Shown here: one piece after another, positions 1-9,026 of the stretch
How the letters are laid out: each line of letters starts with the position of its first letter
How positions within the stretch are numbered: position 1 is the first letter of the stretch
Assembly: GCA_963802335.1 (NCBI GenBank)
Contig: CAWDIE010000009.1
Location: 111,421-175,420, forward strand
Direction of reading: 5' to 3'
DNA length: 64,000 nt
Source of the DNA: an uncultured Planctomycetota bacterium
GTDB lineage: Bacteria > Planctomycetota > PLA2 > JAEUHO01
Position numbers and translations under genes: made by a program
Notes under the pieces: model-generated
The model's database searches: none
What the model saw: the letters and a program-made list of their open reading frames with translations, nothing else
Told to the model about the DNA's origin: nothing

Positions 1-67
1 CGCGTTCCCCCTCCCGTCAACGGCCGACGAGGACGGTGCTTCGCTTCCCGCGCCGGCCACGATACGG

Positions 68-997
68 GTGCTCAGCGCGCGCGTGCGTCCTCTCAAGCCC
101 GATGGCACGCCCTGGGACGGCGATCACCGCAAGGTGCCCCGGATCGTCTACGAGGTGGGCGGCCGACTCGCCGGCTTCCCGGGCCTCGGACTCCTCGCGT
201 CGATTCCCTACCGCAACCGGCCGGACCCCAAACTCGAAGTGCGGCAGGGAGAGGAGCGGTCGCTCGGCCGCCACCGCGCGATTCAGGGGACCTTCCTCCC
301 TACGTGGCTCCTCACCGTGGAGCCGCGGGACGACGAGGGCGCCTCGTCCGTGGTCACGTTCGAGTTGATCGACGACGACGTGCGCGAGGACGATGCCATC
401 GGCAAGGCCATGCTCGACCTGGACGTTGCGTTGAAGCGCCCCGGGGTCCACGTGCTCGAAGGGACGGGCGGACTGCACGACCTCACGATCGTGATCCGCA
501 ATCCCGCTCTGAAGCCCGACGCACCCCCGTGGCGCGTCGAGCTTCTTGGCGCCACGGTGAAGGCCAGAGCGCAGCGTCCCGCCGGAGGCGACTGGGATGC
601 CGGCGGCAACCCCTTGCGCGAGAAGATGCGGCGCCTTCCTCTCGGCGAGAAGGTCGATGGCCTCGACACGGCGAAACCGGACCTGAAGGTCGCGCTCGTC
701 TGGAGCGACGGCGACGCGCGCGACCTCGGGTCGACCAAAGACGCCTACGAGCACGTCGCCAAGGACCTCGGCTGGTCCGTCGTAGGGCGGGAGGGTATCG
801 GCGACGGCCTCTTCCTGCGCGTGGCGGACGACGACTCTCTGCTCGACGATCCCGTGGGCGTGCTCTTCATTCCACTTAGCAGCTTCCTGGAGGCTCGTCG
901 CGAAGGCACGCTCGTCATCGAAAGCGACGAGACGAGCGGCATCGAGGGCGTGACGCTGACCTTCCGCGTGGAGGCCGCGTCCTTGCCGGGACGGTGA
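68..997 (+). CDS. hypothetical protein, probably 5'-truncated by the window edge; Asp-rich C2-like loops
   Basis: ORF track 68..997 with a GTG start. The same frame stays open back to nt 2, so the true start may lie upstream of the window. GC3 bias is strong. Motifs such as FELIDDDVREDDAIGK weakly resemble Ca-binding C2 loops. Confidence 0.5.
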   Translation: MLSARVRPLKPDGTPWDGDHRKVPRIVYEVGGRLAGFPGLGLLASIPYRNRPDPKLEVRQGEERSLGRHRAIQGTFLPTWLLTVEPRDDEGASSVVTFELIDDDVREDDAIGKAMLDLDVALKRPGVHVLEGTGGLHDLTIVIRNPALKPDAPPWRVELLGATVKARAQRPAGGDWDAGGNPLREKMRRLPLGEKVDGLDTAKPDLKVALVWSDGDARDLGSTKDAYEHVAKDLGWSVVGREGIGDGLFLRVADDDSLLDDPVGVLFIPLSSFLEARREGTLVIESDETSGIEGVTLTFRVEAASLPGR

Positions 998-1007
998 CGC
1001 ATGCGCG

Positions 1008-2525
1008 CTACACCGTGCCGATGTGGCCGCCCACGCGGATCGCAGCGGGGCCGCGGACCGGGCAGTGGTGCTCGCAGATACCGCAGCCCACGCACTTCTC
1101 GGGATCCACGTAGGGGCGCTTGAGCCGCACGGCTTCGCCTTCCCGATTCGTGAGCGTCTCTTCGCGGGTGAAAATGGCCTTCGGGCTGACCGGGCATACC
1201 TCCTCGCAGACGACGCACTGCCGGTCCATTCCCCACGGAAGGCACCGTCCACGGTCGTAGGACGCCGTGCCGATCTGGATGGGGCCCGTCGAGCCGTCGC
1301 CGCGAGGCTCGAGGCCCTGGCGCTGGGCGGGTCGGAGGCGCCAGATCGCGCCCGTCGGGCAGACGTGCCCGCACAAGGTGCAGGTGATGTCGCAGTAGCC
1401 GACCTTCATATCGAGGACCGGCGTCCATATGCCCTCGAACCCCGCTTGCAGACCGGCCGGCTGGAGCACGTTGGTCGGGCAGACGTTCAGGCACGCATCG
1501 CACTTGATGCAGCGCTCGAGGAAGTCGCTCTCGGGGAGCGAGCCCGGCGGGCGGATGAAGGCCCGCCGGCCGCTTTCGGGCAAGGCCGCGCCCGTGCCGC
1601 GTAGCGTCACGGCCAGAGCTGCGCCGCCAAGCGTCGCGAGCGCGGCGCGGCGGGGACCGATGCCGGTGTCCGCGATCTGACCCTCGCGCGGCGGAAGGAA
1701 CCGGAACGCGATGGCCTTGTCCGGGCAGTCCTCCATGCAGTTCATGCACACCATGCATTCGCTCATGCGAACGCTGGCCTCCGGCTCGGCGGCGCCTTCG
1801 CAGCCCTTCGAGCAGAGATTGCATCCGTTGCACAGCTCTACGTCGCGGTGGATGCGGAACAAGGCGAACCGCGAGAAGACGCCGAGCAGGGCGCCCAGCG
1901 GACAGAGCACGCGACAGAAGAAGCGCGGGATGACGAGATTCAGCGCCAGCAGCGTGACCAGCAGGATGCCGATCAGCGTGCCGCCGGCGACATAGGGTTG
2001 CGCGGAGGGTTGGATCCCGGGGAGACCGATTCCGCGCAGCCCGGCATCGAGCACCGGGAAGACGGCGTCCGTGACGGAACGCGACAGGAGCGGGATCGGG
2101 TCCAACAGGCCGATCTGCAGGACGCCGAAGAACGCCGCGGCGATCATCGCCCCGAGTATCCAATACTTCAGCTGAAAGAGTCGGCGGTAGCGGTTGCCGT
2201 CGAGACGCTTCTTGGCTTGGCGTGGGAACCCGAGCCAGTGCATGAGGTGGTGGAGCGCGCCGAACGGACAGATCCAACCGCAGAAGAAGCGGCCCAGGAG
2301 AATGGTGAGCACCAGCAGGCCGATGCCCAACACGAGCCCCGACGAACCCACCTGGTAGAGGTGCCGCGTGGCGAGGGAGGTCGTGACGGCGACCAGGGGG
2401 TCCAACTCCAGGAAGACGCTGACCGGGTATCCCTGGATGCGCGGGGCTGCCGCCAGGTAGATGCACGCCAGGAAGAGCACGACACAGGTCGTCTGCGCGA
2501 TGATGCGTACGTTGGCGATCCTCAT
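1008..2525 (-). CDS. membrane-bound polyferredoxin (NapH/MauN-like 4Fe-4S binding protein)
   Basis: The real start is the internal Met MRIANVRI, with 'cat' at 2523-2525. The N-terminal 270 aa of the 797-aa ORF are Arg-rich junk. TM helices carry RFFCGWICPFGALHHL and FFCRVLCPLGALLG motifs. Ferredoxin motifs include CNGCNLCSKGCEG, CMVCMNCMEDCP, CIKCDACLNVCP, CTLCGHVCP, CVVCEEVCP and CVGCGICEHHCP. Confidence 0.8.
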   Translation of the reverse strand: MRIANVRIIAQTTCVVLFLACIYLAAAPRIQGYPVSVFLELDPLVAVTTSLATRHLYQVGSSGLVLGIGLLVLTILLGRFFCGWICPFGALHHLMHWLGFPRQAKKRLDGNRYRRLFQLKYWILGAMIAAAFFGVLQIGLLDPIPLLSRSVTDAVFPVLDAGLRGIGLPGIQPSAQPYVAGGTLIGILLVTLLALNLVIPRFFCRVLCPLGALLGVFSRFALFRIHRDVELCNGCNLCSKGCEGAAEPEASVRMSECMVCMNCMEDCPDKAIAFRFLPPREGQIADTGIGPRRAALATLGGAALAVTLRGTGAALPESGRRAFIRPPGSLPESDFLERCIKCDACLNVCPTNVLQPAGLQAGFEGIWTPVLDMKVGYCDITCTLCGHVCPTGAIWRLRPAQRQGLEPRGDGSTGPIQIGTASYDRGRCLPWGMDRQCVVCEEVCPVSPKAIFTREETLTNREGEAVRLKRPYVDPEKCVGCGICEHHCPVRGPAAIRVGGHIGTV

Positions 2526-3487
2526 CGCGTGATCTCCCGGCGTGCGGCCGCGTCGATGACCGTCAGGCCCGCCCCCCGGGACTCGGCGAGCGCCAGATAG
2601 GGGAGATCCTTCGCTTCCAGTCCCAGCAGGGTAGCGCCGAAGGTGTCGAGTGCGACCGGATCGGTGGACATCGCAATCAGGTCGCCGGCGATCACGTCCT
2701 CGGGCGATCCGCCGGTTGGACCGTTGCGGATGAGCACGCGGGTGCCGTCCAGGATCGACAGGGTCGGCCGGAACAACTCGACGAGCGTCGCGATGGTGTC
2801 GTCCATGCGCTGGTGCAACCTGTTCCTCGGTCCGCCGAGGAGGCCGTACCAGTTCTTCATCGTCATGGACGCCCGCGCCAGGTTGTGATCCTTGGCCGGC
2901 GCGATGCCGATCAGCTTGGTTGCGGCGAGAAGGGGCCTCACGTACACCGGCCAGCCGTCGAGGACGCGGTCTTCGAGCGCGACGTTCGCGAAGGCGCTCG
3001 GCTGCGGCAGGAGGACGCGTCCGCCGGCCGACTCCACCGCATGGCCGATGCCCGTCTTGCGAAAGCACCCTTCCGGCGCGTGAATGGGATTGTCCGTGAC
3101 GACGACCTCCGCGGCGCCGGCCCCGATGCACGCACGAACGACGGCGTGCACGACATCGGGATTGGTCGTCGTGCCCTGCCACGCGGGACGATCGAAGGCC
3201 GCATTCGGTTTGATGAGGACGCGATCGCCCCGTTCGATGAACGCGGCGATGCCGCCCATCTCTTCCAACGCGGCTTCGACGAGCGGCGCCGGCTGCGGCC
3301 CTCGCGCTACGACCAGCGTCGGCCCGTCGCGTTCGACTTCGTAGGAAGGCAGCGTCACCCGCGCGTCCGGCGGCGGCCAGCCGGGGGTGTGACGGAGCCA
3401 CGCGGCGAGTCCGGCCACGCTGCCGACGGCGAGCCCGGCGGCTGTGATGCGACGCAGCGCGTCACGGCGGGTGGTCGCGTCGGTCAC
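2522..3487 (-). CDS. TAT-exported DUF362 domain protein
   Basis: GTG start VTDATTRRDALRRITAAGLAVGS gives a twin-arginine signal. The rest of the protein resembles DUF362. Its stop overlaps the downstream ATG (ATGA), and its start overlaps the upstream stop (GTGA). Confidence 0.7.
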   Translation of the reverse strand: MTDATTRRDALRRITAAGLAVGSVAGLAAWLRHTPGWPPPDARVTLPSYEVERDGPTLVVARGPQPAPLVEAALEEMGGIAAFIERGDRVLIKPNAAFDRPAWQGTTTNPDVVHAVVRACIGAGAAEVVVTDNPIHAPEGCFRKTGIGHAVESAGGRVLLPQPSAFANVALEDRVLDGWPVYVRPLLAATKLIGIAPAKDHNLARASMTMKNWYGLLGGPRNRLHQRMDDTIATLVELFRPTLSILDGTRVLIRNGPTGGSPEDVIAGDLIAMSTDPVALDTFGATLLGLEAKDLPYLALAESRGAGLTVIDAAARREITR

Positions 3488-4407
3488 GGCTCTTCCTTCC
3501 GGATGGCCTCGCGCACGGTCGCGAGGCGGGACGGGGCGTCGTCGTCGAATCCGAGGACGACCACGATCGTCGCGCCCTCGACGGCGACGAGCGCGCGTTC
3601 GCCGAGAAAATCGAGAATCTCCTCGGCTTCCTGGGCGGCGGTGGCCGCTTCGGCCGGCGTGTCCGCGCGACTGATCAGGATGCGCCCACCTCCGTCGTAG
3701 GTGGCCGTGAAGGCGTTCCGGAGCGCTTCGACGTTGGCCGCGTTCTCGCGATCGAACGTCACGCGACCGAGGCCCTCGGAGGGAAAGACCGTCGGAAGGG
3801 CGACGTCCTGTCCTTCGCTCGACACCGCGTCCAGCAACGTCATCACGAGTGCCTCCGCCTCGGCACGCGCGCCGGGATCGGCGACCATGGCCTCCACGTA
3901 GAAGGGGCCTTGACGGCCGAAGACCGCCATCGGGGTCGTCACGGCTTCCGCCCCGGCGTCGAGGCCTTCCTCGCGGCCGCTGCGCTGGGCACGGTAGATG
4001 CCGAAGGCATCCAGTGGCGATGCCAACTCGTATACGTAGACGTCGATCCAGGAGGTGTCGGGGCGCTGCGGGTCGGTGTAGGAAGCGAACTGAAGCTGCT
4101 GGAATCCGTACGCGAAGTAGGCGCCCGCCTTGCCGTTGATCTTCTCGAAGAGCGTGTCGGCGTCGAACACTTCCACCGTCCCTCGCGGCCATCCGCCGGG
4201 TGAGTTCGCAACGAGCGGTGACGAGGGGGCGGGGGCCATTCCTTCGGCCGACGCTTCGGGAAGACCGGGCGGTCCCGGCCGGCGCCCCGCGACCACGAAG
4301 AGGGCGCACGCGCCGAGGATCGCCATCAAGAGGAGCGTGCTGATCACGCGCTCGGTCGAAGAAGGCGTTCGCGGACGCCGACGGGGGATGAGAGGCGGTC
4401 GTCGCAT
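3484..4407 (-). CDS. signal-anchored hypothetical protein (first gene of the DUF362/polyferredoxin operon)
   Basis: Start MRRPPLIPRRRPRT followed by TM helix VISTLLLMAILGACALFVV. The preceding 500 aa of the 812-aa ORF are antisense junk. GC3-biased. Confidence 0.6.
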   Translation of the reverse strand: MRRPPLIPRRRPRTPSSTERVISTLLLMAILGACALFVVAGRRPGPPGLPEASAEGMAPAPSSPLVANSPGGWPRGTVEVFDADTLFEKINGKAGAYFAYGFQQLQFASYTDPQRPDTSWIDVYVYELASPLDAFGIYRAQRSGREEGLDAGAEAVTTPMAVFGRQGPFYVEAMVADPGARAEAEALVMTLLDAVSSEGQDVALPTVFPSEGLGRVTFDRENAANVEALRNAFTATYDGGGRILISRADTPAEAATAAQEAEEILDFLGERALVAVEGATIVVVLGFDDDAPSRLATVREAIRKEEP

Positions 4408-4491
4408 CAAGAAGTTCCCAACCAAAGGGATCATAGCCAAGGCGTTCTCGCGGTACAGTGCGGTCCCCCAGTTGGTCAAGCGGAGGTCGTC

Positions 4492-5493
4492 ATGGAGACT
4501 GCGGATCGTTCGCAAGGTGGTGTCGAGCGTCGTACGTTCCTGAAAGGAGCCGCTGCGAGCACCGTCGGCCTGGGGCTTGCCGGCTCGTTCGTGCGCCCGT
4601 TGCTGGCCGACGAAGGTGCGTCGTCCACGACGCGAGCCAACGTGAAGACGCGCACGTTCGGACGTACCAAGGTCCCCATCTCCACGGTGATGTACGGGAG
4701 CGGTTCGCTCCGGCCCGAGAACGTGCGCATGCTGCAGATCGCTCACGAGCACGGGCTGTTCGGTATCGACACCGCGCAGGGCTACCAGAACGGGAAGTCC
4801 GAAGAAGCGGTGGGTGCGTTCCTCGCCTCCGGCGTCGATCGCGAGAAGGTCTTTCTCTGCACCAAGGCGACCTCGTTCCGCCGCCCGGCGAACGGATCCG
4901 CGAAGGACGTCCTTGCCGCCGTGCGCGCCAACGTCGAACTCAGCCTCAAGCGCACGAAGACGGACTACCTCGACCTCTTCCTGTGGCCGCACGGTGCGAA
5001 CTCGACCGCGTTCCTCGAAGACGAGGCGGTGCGGGATGCGCTGAAGGTCATGCGCGACGAGAAGAAGCTCCGCTTCCTCGGTTTCTCCAGTCACGCCAAC
5101 TACAAGGAGACCGTGACCGCCGGGATCCAGGACGGCTTCTACGACGTCATCCTCACGGTGATCAACATCTGCACCCAGAACCCCGACGTCGCGGGCCGCG
5201 AAGGCTCCGATACCTCCCGGGGCGCTGGGCGACCGATCCTCGACACCCGAGAGCTGCTCGCGCTCGCGAAGGAGAAGAACATCGGCATCATGGCCATGAA
5301 GGTGGCCAAGGACGGTTTCCTCTCCACGCCGACCGACAGTCTGCTCGCCAAGGCCTTCCCCGCGGACAGCCCCTGGTCCCGGCATCAGAAGCTCTACAAG
5401 TTCGGTCTCGACCAGGCGGGCGTCTCCACGGTGGTCATCGGCATGGGCAATGCGAAGCACCTGAAGGAGGCGGTTCAGGTGGGCGCCAGCTGA
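4492..5493 (+). CDS. aldo/keto reductase with twin-arginine (TAT) signal peptide
   Basis: N-terminus ERRTFLKGAAASTVGLGLAG is a TAT signal. AKR-family similarity throughout (GIDTAQGY, LDLF, IGMG). Confidence 0.8.
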   Translation: METADRSQGGVERRTFLKGAAASTVGLGLAGSFVRPLLADEGASSTTRANVKTRTFGRTKVPISTVMYGSGSLRPENVRMLQIAHEHGLFGIDTAQGYQNGKSEEAVGAFLASGVDREKVFLCTKATSFRRPANGSAKDVLAAVRANVELSLKRTKTDYLDLFLWPHGANSTAFLEDEAVRDALKVMRDEKKLRFLGFSSHANYKETVTAGIQDGFYDVILTVINICTQNPDVAGREGSDTSRGAGRPILDTRELLALAKEKNIGIMAMKVAKDGFLSTPTDSLLAKAFPADSPWSRHQKLYKFGLDQAGVSTVVIGMGNAKHLKEAVQVGAS

Positions 5494-5583
5494 GCCGCGG
5501 GCCCGAATCGGGCCGGGGGCTTCCCTGGGAGCCCACGTTCTCCCTAGAATGGGGCTACCGAGCGGAGGCGTCCGCCGAACCCC

Positions 5584-6783
5584 TTGGTGGCGTGCGCGAC
5601 CTTCGCGTGGAGGATACGCGTGCACGAAACGGGGAAGAAAGAGAGCTACGACCCGGGTCATCTGACCTTCGACTGTCCGTGGTGCGGTGCCATCAGCGGC
5701 GTCCAACCGGAGCTCATCGGCGAGCACTTCGAGTGTGTCGAGTGCGGCAAGGAAACGAAGCTCACCGACCAGAACACGCGTCACGCGCACCTGTTCGAGC
5801 CGCCCTCGGATGCGCCCCATCTCGACGACTCGCCCCGTCCGTTCACCTGCCCCTGGTGTGGCGACCACGCGGAGATCCCGCCCACGCATCTCGGGGAGTA
5901 CTACGACTGCAAGGAGTGCCACAAGCGAACCAAGCTCACGCCTCGCACCTTGCCCTCGCCCGAGGAGGTGGCTGGGCAGGCGAAGTCAAAGGAGGAGCAC
6001 CACGCGGTCTGGCCCTTGGGGCTGGCGGCCGTGATCGTCGTCGGGGCCGTGCTCTGGGCCCTGTTCGGGCGCGGCGGCAACGACGAGTCGCCGAAGGACG
6101 GTGACCGCAGCACCGCCGTCGTCGATTCGAGCGACCAGGGCAACCCCGCCGGTTCCACCGACGCGGCAGCCACGCCGACGACGTCCGAGCCCACCTCACC
6201 CGGCGGGACGGGGGACGCCACGGACACGGATGCGGACACGGACACGTCGCCGGCGGATCCAGGCGATGCAGACGAGCGAACGAGCATTGCCTACAAGGTC
6301 GCCAAGGCCCGCCTCGAGAAGGCGACGGCCGCGCGCACGGAGGCCCAGGAAGCCGTGACAGCGTGGCTGGCGGCGCATCCCGACGTGGCCGCTCAACTCG
6401 AGCTGCAGTCGGTGCGTGAGTCCCTGCTGGCGCGAGCCCAGGAGCTGCTCGAGTCCATGGGCGCCGACGCCACGGGGCCCGCTCAGGCGCGCGCGTTCAA
6501 CCAGAAGTTCACTGCCTACGTGGAGCAGGACCCGAGCCGCGTGGCCTTGGCGGAGGCGTTGCTGGCCGACCTCACGTCCCAGCCCATTCGTCCCGTCCGC
6601 GTGCGCTCGTGGCAGCAGCTCAACTTCCACCAGCCCCGGCTGCACGAGGTGCTCGAGGATCAGATCCGGGCGGGGCGTGCCGCCATGCCCAACGAGTTGC
6701 TCGCGCTCACGAGCGCCCTGATGAGCGCAACCGCCAGCGAGGAGGACGCCACCGCCGAGTTCGAGGCCGCCTCGGCGAAGTGA
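5584..6783 (+). CDS. hypothetical membrane protein with twin N-terminal zinc ribbons
   Basis: Two CPWCG..(x)..C.EC repeats, then a TM helix LGLAAVIVVGAVLWALF, a Thr/Asp-rich low-complexity linker and a helical C-terminal domain. The start may be GTG 5620 in the same frame. Confidence 0.6.
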   Translation: MVACATFAWRIRVHETGKKESYDPGHLTFDCPWCGAISGVQPELIGEHFECVECGKETKLTDQNTRHAHLFEPPSDAPHLDDSPRPFTCPWCGDHAEIPPTHLGEYYDCKECHKRTKLTPRTLPSPEEVAGQAKSKEEHHAVWPLGLAAVIVVGAVLWALFGRGGNDESPKDGDRSTAVVDSSDQGNPAGSTDAAATPTTSEPTSPGGTGDATDTDADTDTSPADPGDADERTSIAYKVAKARLEKATAARTEAQEAVTAWLAAHPDVAAQLELQSVRESLLARAQELLESMGADATGPAQARAFNQKFTAYVEQDPSRVALAEALLADLTSQPIRPVRVRSWQQLNFHQPRLHEVLEDQIRAGRAAMPNELLALTSALMSATASEEDATAEFEAASAK

Positions 6784-6795
6784 GGGCGCCGGCAC

Positions 6796-8145
6796 TCAGC
6801 CGACCGCCACCGCCGCTGCCGCGTCCAGGCGCTCGTAGATCGCGTCCAACCACGCGGCGTGCTCGGGCTTCATGAGGCAGGAGCGCAGGCACAGCACGGT
6901 CGTGCCGTCGCCGCCGAGCGTTCCCGTCGCGCGCTCGACCAGCGCGCGGGGGAACGCGGCCAGCGCCAGGTGCAGGTCGCGTCGGGCCGCCTCGTCGAAA
7001 ATCGAGCGCGCCCGCGCCGAAGCCTCCTCGACCGTGGCGGCCCGCACCGCCCACACGACGATATCCAACTCGGGGTCGAGAATCGGCGCGAAGCGTTCGT
7101 CTTCCTCGAGCCGCGCGTGGAGCGCCAAGGCCGCATCGCGGCATGCTTCCAGCCCGCGGGCGAACGTGCCTCCCTCCGCGTAGGGAAGGAGTTCCTGGGT
7201 GGCCCAGAGGGCCACCGCGGCGGCGCCGGGACGCGAGCACTCCAGCGAGATCTCGCCGAGGTGGAGCGCGGCGGAGCTGAAGTAGGTGTACGGCGAGTCG
7301 TGCGCATAGACGCGTCCGACGGCCGGGTCGCGGAAGAGGACGCACCCGCATCCGTATGGCTGCAATCCGTGCTTGTGCGGATCGATGACGATCGAGTCCA
7401 CCGCCTTGAGGGCGTCGAACGACGCCCGCGCCGAGGGCGCGAGGTTGCGCGCCAACTTGAAGTAGCCCCCGTACGCCGCGTCGACATGGACCCGGAAGTC
7501 GTGGGTCTCACGTAGCGCCAGGACCTGCGGCAGCGGATCGATCGCGCCGGTGGCGGTGGCGCCGAGGGTCACGACCACCGTGCCCACGTCCCCCGCCTCC
7601 AACGCGCGCTCGAGCGCTTCGAGGTCGAGCCGAGCGTGCCGGTCGGTGGCCACCGCGCGAAAGGGGACGCCGAGCACGCCGCTCAAACGCTCGTGCGTGT
7701 AGTGGGCCTGCTCCGACGCCAGAACCGCGCCGGGCGAGACGTTCCGTGCGACCCACAGGGCCTCCAGATTGGCCATCGTGCCGCCACCGCAGAGGTGACC
7801 GAGGTGCGTCTCTAACCCGAAGAGCGCCGCGAGGCGGGCGACCGCCTCCTGCTCGAGGACGGAGCTGGCGCGTCCGCCGTCGAGTGCGTGGTTGTTGGGG
7901 TTGATCCACATGGCGAGCGCGTACGCCAAGCGGGCGATCCGGTGGGGGGGCTTCAGCATCTGGCCGGCGTACAGAGGATGCGGGTAGGGGTAGTTGTCGC
8001 GCATGCGCAGCGCCACGTCCTCTAGCACCTCGCGCATGCGTGCCGTGTCCGCGGCGGGCTCGAATGGAGGCAGCTCGTCGAATGCCGCCTCCAGCGTGGC
8101 CAGCGCTCGTGTCCAGAGGGCGACATCCTCTTGCTCGGGGCTCAT
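6796..8145 (-). CDS. PLP-dependent group II decarboxylase family protein
   Basis: Start MSPEQEDV, with 'cat' at 8143-8145. Motifs GGTMANLEALWVARN and SIVIDPHKHG (PLP lysine) indicate the pyridoxal-dependent decarboxylase fold. Confidence 0.8.
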   Translation of the reverse strand: MSPEQEDVALWTRALATLEAAFDELPPFEPAADTARMREVLEDVALRMRDNYPYPHPLYAGQMLKPPHRIARLAYALAMWINPNNHALDGGRASSVLEQEAVARLAALFGLETHLGHLCGGGTMANLEALWVARNVSPGAVLASEQAHYTHERLSGVLGVPFRAVATDRHARLDLEALERALEAGDVGTVVVTLGATATGAIDPLPQVLALRETHDFRVHVDAAYGGYFKLARNLAPSARASFDALKAVDSIVIDPHKHGLQPYGCGCVLFRDPAVGRVYAHDSPYTYFSSAALHLGEISLECSRPGAAAVALWATQELLPYAEGGTFARGLEACRDAALALHARLEEDERFAPILDPELDIVVWAVRAATVEEASARARSIFDEAARRDLHLALAAFPRALVERATGTLGGDGTTVLCLRSCLMKPEHAAWLDAIYERLDAAAAVAVG

Positions 8146-8164
8146 CCGTGGACCTCGGCGCGCA

Positions 8165-8917
8165 TTACGTCTCCGACGGGGTGATCTCCACGCGGAAGCG
8201 TACATCCTGGAAGCCCACGATGTCCCCATCCACGAGGCGGATCAGCTCGCCGGGCCTGAGCTGCGTGCCACCCGCCGTGGTGCCGATCTGGCTCAGGTCC
8301 CGGACCCAGTAGCTATGGCCACGGCGGACGAAGACTGCGTGCTGCCGGCTCACCCGACGGTCGGCCAGCGGCAGGGCGGCGTCCACACTGTGGCGTCCGA
8401 CGACCCAGGGCCCGAGACCATCCAAGCGGATCCCTCGCCCCTCCGATCCGGTGGGCCTCAGAGGCATGAGACGCAGGTGACCGCCCCCACGCCCCAGTTC
8501 CTCCGCGGCCGCCGTGACGACGGCCGGGCTCCGTCGGAAGGTGAACACGCGACGGCCGATCCGCAGCAGGTCTCCATCGGCGAGGATGCGGGCGCGTCCC
8601 TCTTCGAGGTCCACCCCGTTGACCGCCGAACCGAAGCGGCTGCCCAGGTCCATCGCTGCATATCCGCGGCCCGTGCGGCGTAGGCGCAGGTGCCGCCGTG
8701 ATACGTCGCGATGGTGGAGTACGAGATCGACCTCCTCGGACCGACCCACGAGGATTTGCTCGTCGAGCAGGGGGTGGATCGCCGGCGTGATCGCCTGGGG
8801 CTCCTCCAGGTGCCAACCCGCATCCTGGTCGTCACGCGCGGGAGCCTGCCCCGGCACGCGGGACGTTTCAGCCCCGTAACGGGATGTGCGATGCGGCGAC
8901 GATCTCGGACGGACCAT
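8165..8917 (-). CDS. FHA domain protein (two FHA domains)
   Basis: Start MVRPRSS. Two FHA cores: LVGRSEEVDLVLHHRDVSRRHLRL..SRFGSAVNG and VVGRHSVDAALPLADRRVSRQHAVF..SQIGTTAGG. It lies 20 bp upstream of the decarboxylase on the same strand. Confidence 0.75.
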   Translation of the reverse strand: MVRPRSSPHRTSRYGAETSRVPGQAPARDDQDAGWHLEEPQAITPAIHPLLDEQILVGRSEEVDLVLHHRDVSRRHLRLRRTGRGYAAMDLGSRFGSAVNGVDLEEGRARILADGDLLRIGRRVFTFRRSPAVVTAAAEELGRGGGHLRLMPLRPTGSEGRGIRLDGLGPWVVGRHSVDAALPLADRRVSRQHAVFVRRGHSYWVRDLSQIGTTAGGTQLRPGELIRLVDGDIVGFQDVRFRVEITPSET

Positions 8918-9026
8918 GGCGTATTCCCCCTGGCGTGGAAGGGGCATTTGCAAGCCGGATGCCGCGCCCGGAAGATTCCTCCCCTCCTCCTCTTCCGGGA
9001 GGCCCGGCCGTTGCAGGAGAGATCCC

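Noticed and set aside
745-2466. 573-aa ORF on the minus strand
   Set aside because: Pro/Arg/Gly-rich low-complexity translation out of frame with the polyferredoxin on the same strand. It is a typical spurious long ORF in 70% GC DNA.
8031-8060. Partial third copy of the 37-bp repeat (ggaggcagctcgtcgaa)
   Set aside because: Only ~12 bp match and it lies inside the decarboxylase coding frame, so it is most likely coincidental.
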